From Candidatus Omnitrophota bacterium (GTDB lineage: Bacteria; Omnitrophota; Gorgyraeia; Zapsychrales; Aceulaceae): 64,000 nt of DNA. Shown here piece after piece: positions 41,105 through 49,012 of the stretch (position 1 is its first letter; the number at the start of each line of letters is the position of its first letter). Position numbers and translations under genes: made by a program. Location of the stretch: NCBI GenBank assembly GCA_028693815.1, contig JAQUUP010000001.1:8433-72432 (forward strand), in the 5' to 3' direction. A model generated the notes under the pieces. That model did no database searches. It was not told where the DNA came from and saw nothing but the letters and a program-made list of their open reading frames with translations.

Positions 41105-42469
41105 TTACGGCGCTGTGCGCGCCCCACGCCCGCCAGAAGAAGAGGCGCGATTAACAGTACCTAGGACTCCAGCACCACGATTAGAACTTTCCATAAAGGT
41201 CCCTAAAGACCAGGCGCCTCCTCTCATCCCAGCGCCAACGGCGTCTATACCCGGCCAATTCGTAGCATCTGCGTTGCCCGTGTTATCTAATGCTCCATTG
41301 CCATGAGTTCCTGCGAACGCTCTTCCTGTTGTATTACCTACAGATATTGCTGCCTCAATTAAATTACCGCTCAACTCCATAATGCCGTAATACCCAGCAC
41401 CGGCTGTAACGCGTCCTGTATTGCTTGCATGCCCGGCAAACATTCCCACACGACAAGGCCCGCTAAAATCATTCTCTGTCGTTACATATAAGCAATTACC
41501 CTTACCATCGGTTTTATAATTCGCGGAAGTATTCTCATTTGCCGCGCCAGAATTTGCTAACGTATACGCGGCGTCCGCACGAGTCGCGTTACCCCAGGCA
41601 TATTCATTGGCAACGGGTACCAGCGGGCCTCTGCAGGCCTTTTCAAATTCAAGTTCAGTCATGGGACGTAAAGCCGCCCAATCCAAATAAGCCGCCACAT
41701 CAGCCCAGGATAAATAGTTGCAGGCAATTCCTTGTCCGTCAACTGTTTCATCATAATTTGCATCAGCATCTAAGTTGCATCCGTAAACAGCCGGAACTGT
41801 ATTATCTGTCCCAGCGGTTTTAATATCAAGACCAGAACGAAGAACATTCATTGCGCTAAAAGCCCCTGTTCCTGGGGCTGAACTCGGAGCCTCAGCTGTT
41901 CTGGTTTCTTGTTGATCATAGGTAAGTGTGTTTAAAAAATCACGGTATTGACCTTGGGATATTTCATATTTCATAAGATAAAAGGCATTGTAGCCTTTAG
42001 GAAAAGCGGCTGGGATAGGGCCTGCCTGATCGCCAGAATTACCTGAAGCCGTATACCAAAGGTTCCCAGCGGTTTGTGCTACGGTTAGCGCGGCTTCAGA
42101 AATTATAGATAAAGGAATGGTGGCGCCTGAGACCCAAGAGCCATCGGTAAAACTGCCTGTTTCTGTTCCTCCAGAACCAACATAAAAACTTCCGGTAGGA
42201 ATATACACCATTTCAATGCCAAAGAGTTTGAAAGTTGTTGATGAGCTTTGCACATTGGCATCAGTGAGTCCATCGGCACCATAATCCCAGACAAATTTTG
42301 CAGAAGCAAAAGTTACTGTTCCAGCACCTTTAACAGCCTTTTGAATAAAAAATCCCATGCCATCAGGAGAAACAATCTCACTGCCTTGAGGCACAACAAA
42401 TCCCGCAGGATTAACACCTATACTAGCCATGGTGGCATGATGCCATTCACCACTATAATAATATTTCAT
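41105..42469 (-). CDS. Formylglycine-generating-enzyme (FGE/SUMF1) family protein; the true N-terminus probably extends to about 42730 across a G9 tract
   Basis: MVYIPTGSFYVGSGG, YLMKYEISQGQYRDFLN, LSWADVAAYLDWAALRPMTELEFEKACRG, YAWGN and RGGAWS align with FGE-sulfatase domain blocks. The reading frame is open upstream of the annotated Met with protein-like sequence. Confidence 0.7.
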   Translation of the reverse strand: MKYYYSGEWHHATMASIGVNPAGFVVPQGSEIVSPDGMGFFIQKAVKGAGTVTFASAKFVWDYGADGLTDANVQSSSTTFKLFGIEMVYIPTGSFYVGSGGTETGSFTDGSWVSGATIPLSIISEAALTVAQTAGNLWYTASGNSGDQAGPIPAAFPKGYNAFYLMKYEISQGQYRDFLNTLTYDQQETRTAEAPSSAPGTGAFSAMNVLRSGLDIKTAGTDNTVPAVYGCNLDADANYDETVDGQGIACNYLSWADVAAYLDWAALRPMTELEFEKACRGPLVPVANEYAWGNATRADAAYTLANSGAANENTSANYKTDGKGNCLYVTTENDFSGPCRVGMFAGHASNTGRVTAGAGYYGIMELSGNLIEAAISVGNTTGRAFAGTHGNGALDNTGNADATNWPGIDAVGAGMRGGAWSLGTFMESSNRGAGVLGTVNRASSSGGRGARTAP

Positions 42470-42616
42470 AAAGACCCAGGCCGCGTCATAATTTTCATCC
42501 GTGCGCCAGCTATTGTTCCAGGTAATATCAAAAGTAAACGTGAGCGTGTCGTTGGTTGTGTCAATTTTTGATGGACCGAAATTGGCAATGGCGAGACCAT
42601 TGGCAAAAACAAGTGA

Positions 42617-42625
42617 GGGGGGGGG
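42617..42625. repeat. G9 homopolymer (C9 on the coding strand) inside the 5' region of the FGE-family gene
   Basis: Seen directly: GAGGGGGGGGGAAAAG. It separates a signal-peptide-encoding frame from the mature-protein frame. Confidence 0.9.
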
Positions 42626-42779
42626 AAAAGAAATAAAAACGCAAACAGAAAAATGGTAAGATTTAAGAATTTCTTAAAAAACATAAAAATCTCCTTTGTT
42701 AAATATTTACCCTCTAAAGATCTTCTCGCCACAAATTCTAATTTTTCACCAAACGAAAAACAAAATAAATTCGGCCTAC

Positions 42780-42808
42780 AAACTTACGTCATTATTTTCT
42801 GTAAGTTT
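42780..42808 (-). terminator. Hairpin (AAACTTAC-N13-GTAAGTTT) with a U-rich tail downstream of the DUF1016-SNase gene
   Basis: Perfect 8-bp stem; on the minus strand it is followed by UUUAUUUUGUUUUUCGUUU. Confidence 0.4.
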
Positions 42809-42813
42809 AGACC

Positions 42814-43779
42814 TCAATCATATTCTTTTGCCAGCCCCGCGTCAAGCAGTGCCTGATTCAACAGCTTCCCTTCTCTGGCAACACCATTGGCATCCGTCGC
42901 GTGAGGCAAAAAGAAAATATCCGCGAGATAGCGGTCATATTTATCGCTCTTATGCGTTTGCACAACAATAAACGCGCAATCAACAAAGGCATCTGTTACA
43001 AAACATTTAGCCCTTTGGCCTTCTTTCGTGTTTAACTCTGGGCAATCAATCCCGCGAAGGCGTAATTTTTGACGCGTCAACGTACCAAAGCCACAATCAA
43101 TCTGACTCCAAAGCGTGTCGCCGTCGATAATCTTTTCCACATAAGCCTTGAAAGTATATTGCGGTTTTTTATTTATCATTCCTGAAAGTTTTTGTGTGCG
43201 CGGCAGCTCTCGTAAGATATTAAAACCAAAATCAACAAAGATTGATTCTTTCTTGGGTTCGATGGCTACTTTTTCAGCCACCCCCAAGGTGCCCAACTCC
43301 CCTCTGCTAAAGACAAGTGTCGAAATTTTTGCTGGGTTGGTGGGCGCCGAAGAATTCGGCGCCTTCTTTTTTGTCTTTGGAATTCTAAGCGCGAGTTGTC
43401 TTTTAAGCTCGCGCGCAGAAAGGTATTTCTGCGCGCAACGGCGCTGCCACTCAAGACGTTTGTCGCTATCCTTAATGGTGAGCAGTGCCCGATAATGATT
43501 CCACCCCAATTCCGTACGCGCGTGCGGAATTGGAAACATTTGATGAAATCGTACGGAATCTCGAAGGGTCGTCTCCGCGATTTCAAGGTCCGTTGCCAAT
43601 TTCTCAAAAATATGATCGCCATATCCAGCGCGATCGCTGTAATGAAGCAAATGCTTTGAAATCGCCTCACCTATTTTCCAATAGGCAGCAATCTTGGTGC
43701 GCTCAATTTTCTTTTGACTGCTTGCTATTTCACATTTGATAAACTTAGCAAGCGTTTGATACATGACCGGCAAAAGCAT
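42814..43779 (-). CDS. DUF1016 (YhcG N-terminal domain) fused to a staphylococcal-nuclease (SNase/thermonuclease) domain
   Basis: N-terminal ...TELGWNHYRALLTIKDSDKRLEW... (DUF1016); C-terminal IIDGDTLWSQIDCG...LRLRGIDCPE...KSDKYDRYLADIF (SNase motifs DGDT, RL.GID.PE, D.YGR). Confidence 0.6.
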   Translation of the reverse strand: MLLPVMYQTLAKFIKCEIASSQKKIERTKIAAYWKIGEAISKHLLHYSDRAGYGDHIFEKLATDLEIAETTLRDSVRFHQMFPIPHARTELGWNHYRALLTIKDSDKRLEWQRRCAQKYLSARELKRQLALRIPKTKKKAPNSSAPTNPAKISTLVFSRGELGTLGVAEKVAIEPKKESIFVDFGFNILRELPRTQKLSGMINKKPQYTFKAYVEKIIDGDTLWSQIDCGFGTLTRQKLRLRGIDCPELNTKEGQRAKCFVTDAFVDCAFIVVQTHKSDKYDRYLADIFFLPHATDANGVAREGKLLNQALLDAGLAKEYD

Positions 43780-43809
43780 TTTGGGCGTAATCCTTATCCC
43801 TTCTTTTTC

Positions 43810-45060
43810 TTACAGCTTCTTTTGTAGCTCATCCATCAAAATAATGGACTCCGCCACCTCTTTCATGCTCTTACAAGAATTCATACTTTTCTTATGAATC
43901 ACTTTATGAGCTTCTTCTTCTGCCAACCCTTGAATCCGCATCAAAACACCTTTGGCCCGTTCAATCAGCTTGCGTGTTTCAAGCGCTTCTTTGGCCTTCA
44001 CCGTCTCTTCAACTAATTTTGTATTTTCAATCGCAATCGCGGCTTGGTTAGACACCATTTGAAGAACGCTCACCTCTTCTTGCGAAAAGGCATGAGGCCT
44101 CTTGGTATAAATATTAATAACGCCAATCACGCGGTCCTTAACAATCATTGGAACTGAAAGCATCGAACTCAACTGCTCTTTATCTGCAAGGTTACGATAA
44201 GCATACTTTTCTTCCATGCGAACATCAAAATACATCTTAGCTTTTTTTGCTTTCACGGCCTCGCCGGATAAAGATTTTTCAACCTTGATGTTAGGCTTTT
44301 TCTTATAATCTTCACTTAAAAACTGCGTTGCCTTAATCGAAAGCTCTTGCTTTTTCTCGTCTAACAGCATCACCGAACAAATCTTAGAATCCAACATTTC
44401 AGCCGTCACCACAACAATTAAATTTAAAATTTCATCCAAATAACTTTCTGATGTAATCGACTGGCTGACTTTCATCAATTGATCAAACTGCGCGGCCTTT
44501 TTCTTGGCTTCCGCATAAAGACGAGAATTTTCAATAACACCACTCACCTGTTTCGCGATGGTAGAAATTAAAGTCACAATGCTCTTTGAAAAATCTCTTT
44601 CTTTTTTATGCTGAACATTAATAACGCCAATAGTCGATTTCTTAAAAATAATAGGAATAGAAAGAAAGGCCTCGTATTTATCTTCAGGCAAAACATCAAA
44701 ATTCTTAAAACGAGAATCTTTGTAGGCATTTTTCTTGATATGAACTATTTTACTCTCTTTGGCAACCCAACCAGTGATTCCTTCTCCAGCTTTTAATGTC
44801 ACAGCGCCAAGCTCTTTTTTGTGCGGCGTTTTTGACGCCAGCAAAGTCAAGACCTTCTTTTTACTGTCAAAAAGATACACAAAAACAGAATCTGCTCTTG
44901 TGATTGTATTGATAATTCTAACAACCTCACCTAAAATAAAGCTTAAATCAAGGTCCGAACTTGTCAAATCAACAATTTTACTCAAAATCTCTATCTGCTG
45001 AGATTGAGTAATCACTGATTTCTTAGGTTGCGTTTTTTTCGTTCTTTCAATCATAATCAA
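43810..45060 (-). CDS. GAF-GAF-ANTAR RNA-binding antitermination regulator
   Basis: 416 aa; two GAF-like blocks; C-terminal ...LETRKLIERAKGVLMRIQGLAEEEAHKVIHKKSMNSCKSMKEVAESII matches ANTAR. Confidence 0.7.
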   Translation of the reverse strand: MIMIERTKKTQPKKSVITQSQQIEILSKIVDLTSSDLDLSFILGEVVRIINTITRADSVFVYLFDSKKKVLTLLASKTPHKKELGAVTLKAGEGITGWVAKESKIVHIKKNAYKDSRFKNFDVLPEDKYEAFLSIPIIFKKSTIGVINVQHKKERDFSKSIVTLISTIAKQVSGVIENSRLYAEAKKKAAQFDQLMKVSQSITSESYLDEILNLIVVVTAEMLDSKICSVMLLDEKKQELSIKATQFLSEDYKKKPNIKVEKSLSGEAVKAKKAKMYFDVRMEEKYAYRNLADKEQLSSMLSVPMIVKDRVIGVINIYTKRPHAFSQEEVSVLQMVSNQAAIAIENTKLVEETVKAKEALETRKLIERAKGVLMRIQGLAEEEAHKVIHKKSMNSCKSMKEVAESIILMDELQKKL

Positions 45061-45151
45061 TTTGAGGGTCTTTTTATAAATAGCTTAGAGAATATTTTAA
45101 CACAAAAAAACAAAACTTCCCTTTTCTCTGGAAACACGCTAAAATATCAAT

Positions 45152-45520
45152 ATGGAAAAAAAGATTTTAATTGTTGATGATGATCCTGTTCAAACAAAAC
45201 TTTTGGCGACGAAGCTTCCAGAAAATGGATACTCTGTTTTGTCAGCTACTCAAGCGGCCACGGGTCTCCAAATGGCCATGGACAAATATCCAGATTTAAT
45301 TATTCTAGATGTTATGATGCCTATTATAAATGGATACAATCTTTGTCAGCTTATTAAGAATGACCCTAAACACAAAGATATTCCCATTATTCTTTTAACA
45401 TCCCGCGATAAAGAAAAAGATATCGAAATCGGTCGCGATGTCGGAGCAGATGCTTACTTAATAAAACCTGTCAGCATTCCTTCCTTGCTAGAGAAAATAA
45501 AAGAACTTCTAAACAACTAG
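45152..45520 (+). CDS. Single-domain response regulator (CheY-like REC)
   Basis: 122 aa; KILIVDDDP...DLIILDVMMPIINGY...LTSRD...YLIKP. Confidence 0.85.
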   Translation: MEKKILIVDDDPVQTKLLATKLPENGYSVLSATQAATGLQMAMDKYPDLIILDVMMPIINGYNLCQLIKNDPKHKDIPIILLTSRDKEKDIEIGRDVGADAYLIKPVSIPSLLEKIKELLNN

Positions 45521-45606
45521 ACAATCTCATTACCCTCAACACGTTTCAAGGGCGAGGTAAATTCGCACAGCAACTTGCGTTCGCCTTGCTCCGCAAGATT
45601 GCGTGC

Positions 45607-46083
45607 TCATTTAAAAACTTTCGACACCCATATTCCAACATAATACGTCACAATAACAACAATCACAGCGATCAATAAATGCTCAGAAATAACATTAACA
45701 GGATTTGTCTTATCTTTTTTAGCAATATAATAGCTAAAAACACCTAAAACTAACAACCCAAAGGCAACGCTTACAAATACAGCGGGTAGCATTTCCATCA
45801 AAATAATCGGAATAACAAAAATCATAGCAAAACAAAACTTAACAACAAAAGTCGATATGGTTGCTTCCCAAATTTCTCTTTCCGTATGAACAGCTTCAGC
45901 CTCTTCCGAAAGATGAATGCCAAGGGCATCTGAAAAAGCATCTGCAATCGCAATCGTTATAATACCGCCAATCACAACCATTTTAGATCCTGTTCCTGAA
46001 TAAAGACCAACAATTAACCCCAAAGTTGTAATAATTCCTGAACTAAGTCCAAAGCTAAAACCTTTTTGAATGGAATGTTTCAT
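45607..46083 (-). CDS. VIT1/CCC1-family (DUF125) membrane protein, short form
   Basis: FSFGLSSGIITTLGLIVGLYSG...IADAFSDALG resembles the VIT-family N-terminal helices; 158 aa, 4-5 TM. Confidence 0.45.
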   Translation of the reverse strand: MKHSIQKGFSFGLSSGIITTLGLIVGLYSGTGSKMVVIGGIITIAIADAFSDALGIHLSEEAEAVHTEREIWEATISTFVVKFCFAMIFVIPIILMEMLPAVFVSVAFGLLVLGVFSYYIAKKDKTNPVNVISEHLLIAVIVVIVTYYVGIWVSKVFK

Positions 46084-46100
46084 TTCTTTTTTTCCTTTAT

Positions 46101-46631
46101 TTATTTTCTATCAAAAAACGGACTCTTTGATGTTGCGCTTAATGGGATTGCATACGCAACTTTGACATCTTTTCCAAGAATCCCCATCTCAAGAGCTGCT
46201 TGTCCAACGCTATACATAATACGATTATCAACGCGATGATCCATAGCCACACCCACAGCAGAACCAATCGCAATGCCTAAATCTCCTGTATTAAAAACGC
46301 ATGGAATATTTTTATGCTTATCTTTTTCTGCGCAATCCTTAAAACCACACATACCGCACTTCTTTAAACCCATTGGCTTAATTATTGTGCCAGCTAAAAT
46401 CATAATAGAAGAATTTAGAATATTTTGCGCGTCTCTTAAAAATCCCGGAGCATCATACCTTTCGCCCATTTCTCTTGTTTTATCAGAAAGAGTCTTGATG
46501 TCTTTAAATTCTGCGATCTTAAAAACAAACGTATCAACCCCTTTCCCCTTAGGAGCCGTGCGTGCCGCTATAATCATTTTTTGTGCAATATCTTTGAGTG
46601 ATTGTTCTTTTATTTCATTTTCTTCAATCAT
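46101..46631 (-). CDS. Hypothetical protein with CxxCxxxxC (CGMCGFKDC), possibly DUF2148-like ferredoxin-domain protein
   Basis: 176 aa; Cys cluster only; weak family assignment. Confidence 0.3.
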   Translation of the reverse strand: MIEENEIKEQSLKDIAQKMIIAARTAPKGKGVDTFVFKIAEFKDIKTLSDKTREMGERYDAPGFLRDAQNILNSSIMILAGTIIKPMGLKKCGMCGFKDCAEKDKHKNIPCVFNTGDLGIAIGSAVGVAMDHRVDNRIMYSVGQAALEMGILGKDVKVAYAIPLSATSKSPFFDRK

Positions 46632-46744
46632 ACATCCCCCTATTAAAAGAATAACGTATTTATGCTATCATAAAAAAAAGCTGTTTTCTATCCATTAATT
46701 TGCCTCTGGACTTTTTGAAAGGCAAGTGTAAAATAAAACCCGTT

Positions 46745-47854
46745 ATGGATAAAACAAATATTACAATTATTGGAGCCGGTGTTTGCGGTCTTGCCACAGG
46801 CTTTATATTGTCACAAAAATATAAAGACATTCTTATCATTGAACAACATGATTCTTTTGGACGCGAAACATCTTCTCGCAATTCTGAAGTTATCCATGCT
46901 GGCATTTATTACCCAAAAAATTCCCTTAAAGCAAAACTTTGCATTAAAGGGAAAACAATGCTTTATGATTTATGCCAAAAACATAATATCCCTCATAAAA
47001 AACTTGGAAAGATTCTAATCGCCTGTGATAATAACGAAGAAAAAACAATTGAGCACATTCGAAAGAATGCAATTGAAAGCGGTGTTACAAATCTTCGTTT
47101 TCTAAAAGATGGAGAACTTGACACTCTAGAACCAGATATTAAAGCCAAAAAAGCGCTTCTTTGTCCTGACACAGGAATCATCGACTCACACAAGCTTATG
47201 CACTTTTTTTCTGAAGAATCAAAGCGCAATAACGTTGATTTTGCTTACAACATAAAAGTCGTCAATATCACGAAAAAAACTTCAAAATACAAAATCACCG
47301 TTAAAGAGCCTTCTGGGGAGCTCTTCTCTTTTGAGACAAACATTATTATCAATGCAGGAGGATTTTATGCTGATCAAATTGCTTCAATGGCTGGCATTGA
47401 TATTGAAGAAAATAACTACAAAATTTATTACAGCAAAGGTCAGTATTTTCGTATTAACAATCCTAAGAAATTTAATATCAAACATCTTATTTATCCGCCA
47501 CCAAGTGCAACTGATCTAGGTATTCATATCACGCCTGATCTTGCCGGTGGTCTTCGCCTTGGTCCAGATGCTGCATTTGTTGATTGCATTGATTACGCTA
47601 TTAACGAACGAGATAAAGAAAAATTTCAGATCTCTGTTTCTCGATTTCTTGAAGGTTTATCCCAAGAAGATCTTGCTCCTGACACATGTGGCATTCGTGC
47701 AAAACTCCAATCCCCAACAGATAAATTTAGGGACTTTGTTATCGCACATGAAAAAAATAACGGACTTGAAGGTTTTGTTAATTTACTTGGAATTGAATCG
47801 CCAGGTCTTACATCGTGCCTAGCAATCGCTGAAATGGTAAAAGACCTTTTATAA
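46745..47854 (+). CDS. FAD-dependent oxidoreductase (L-2-hydroxyglutarate oxidase LhgO-like)
   Basis: ITIIGAGVCGLATG dinucleotide fold at the likely true start (MDKTN...); NSEVIHAGIYYP. Confidence 0.7.
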   Translation: MDKTNITIIGAGVCGLATGFILSQKYKDILIIEQHDSFGRETSSRNSEVIHAGIYYPKNSLKAKLCIKGKTMLYDLCQKHNIPHKKLGKILIACDNNEEKTIEHIRKNAIESGVTNLRFLKDGELDTLEPDIKAKKALLCPDTGIIDSHKLMHFFSEESKRNNVDFAYNIKVVNITKKTSKYKITVKEPSGELFSFETNIIINAGGFYADQIASMAGIDIEENNYKIYYSKGQYFRINNPKKFNIKHLIYPPPSATDLGIHITPDLAGGLRLGPDAAFVDCIDYAINERDKEKFQISVSRFLEGLSQEDLAPDTCGIRAKLQSPTDKFRDFVIAHEKNNGLEGFVNLLGIESPGLTSCLAIAEMVKDLL

Positions 47855-49012
47855 TCTTTCAATAATCATCGAAACCCCTCCACCACCACCAAAACAAATA
47901 CTCATCAAACCAATCTTTTTATTTTGATCTTTTAAGGCATGTAGCAATGTCACTAGGATTCTCGTCGCTGTCGATCCCAAAGGATGACCCAGAGCGATAT
48001 CTCCACCAAAAATATTAAATTTTGAATCTTTAATATTTAGTCTCTCTTTTGTCAAAACAGCTTGAGAAGCAAAAGATTCTCCGATCTCAAAAAGATCAAT
48101 ATCATCATTCTTTAAATTACATTTTTTAAGACATTCTTCGGCTGCTTTAATTGCACCTAAAAAAGAATTCTTTGGCTCAAGCGCTACAGATGAATATCCT
48201 AAAATTCTTGCCTTAGGGTTAAATCCATATTTCTTCATTGCCTGCTCACCTGCCAACAAAACAAGAGCTGCGGCATCCGCCGCTGATGACGCGTTACCAG
48301 GCGTTACCGTCCCAGATTCTTTAAAAGAACTTGGGAGTCTTGTCATTCTTTCTAAGCTAATATTTTTTCTAATGCGCTCATCCCTTGAAAATATTTCACC
48401 ATTTTCTTTCTTAATTGGAACGATTTCCTCATCAAATTTTCCTTGCTCTTGTGCTTTAAACGCTTTTTGATGACTTTCAAGTGCAAGTTGATCTTGCGCC
48501 TCTCTTGAAACATTAAATTCTTCAGCCAAATTTTCTGCCAACTGACCCATATGAAAATCTGACATCACGCACCAAAGCCCATCTGAAAGAAGACTCTCGA
48601 TTAACTCGTCTTGATTCTTAATAATTTGAGGATTATGCGACGCACTTTCTGTCCCACCAGCTAAAACCAAATCCGCTTGACCGCTCAATATCGCCTGAGC
48701 TCCAACAATAACAGATTCCAATCCTGATCCACAAACACTATTAATCACAAAAGCAGGCGTGCTGATATCCAGCATAGACAATGAAACAGCATGCCGCGCC
48801 ATATTTTGGCCTGTTCCAGCTGAAACAGTGTTACCTAAAATTACTTGATTAATTTTTTCTTTAATTTGAGGATATCTTTTGCAAATTTCGTCAATAACAA
48901 AACTGGCAAGTTGTGCCGCTAAAAAAGTTTTTAGACTTTTATACGTGCTCGCAATAGGAGTGCGCGCACCGTCAATAATATAAATAGGAGTTAAAATTTG
49001 ATTGGAAGCCAT
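47849..49012 (-). CDS. Acetyl-CoA C-acetyltransferase (thiolase)
   Basis: 387 aa; catalytic Cys region NSVCGSGLESV; C-terminal GHPLGSTATR and CFGGGGG. Confidence 0.9.
   Translation of the reverse strand: MASNQILTPIYIIDGARTPIASTYKSLKTFLAAQLASFVIDEICKRYPQIKEKINQVILGNTVSAGTGQNMARHAVSLSMLDISTPAFVINSVCGSGLESVIVGAQAILSGQADLVLAGGTESASHNPQIIKNQDELIESLLSDGLWCVMSDFHMGQLAENLAEEFNVSREAQDQLALESHQKAFKAQEQGKFDEEIVPIKKENGEIFSRDERIRKNISLERMTRLPSSFKESGTVTPGNASSAADAAALVLLAGEQAMKKYGFNPKARILGYSSVALEPKNSFLGAIKAAEECLKKCNLKNDDIDLFEIGESFASQAVLTKERLNIKDSKFNIFGGDIALGHPLGSTATRILVTLLHALKDQNKKIGLMSICFGGGGGVSMIIERL

Noticed and set aside
42466-42732. 88-aa ORF upstream of the FGE gene called as an independent gene
   Set aside because: Only its first about 36 codons look protein-like (a signal peptide). 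After the poly-G tract it is low-complexity. It is better explained as the out-of-frame 5' part of the FGE gene.
39995-42794. Three plus-strand copies of ACGTCATT (39996, 39916, 42786) as a dedicated regulator site
   Set aside because: An 8-mer is expected about twice by chance in 64 kb. Two of the copies are already explained by the 18-bp leader motif.
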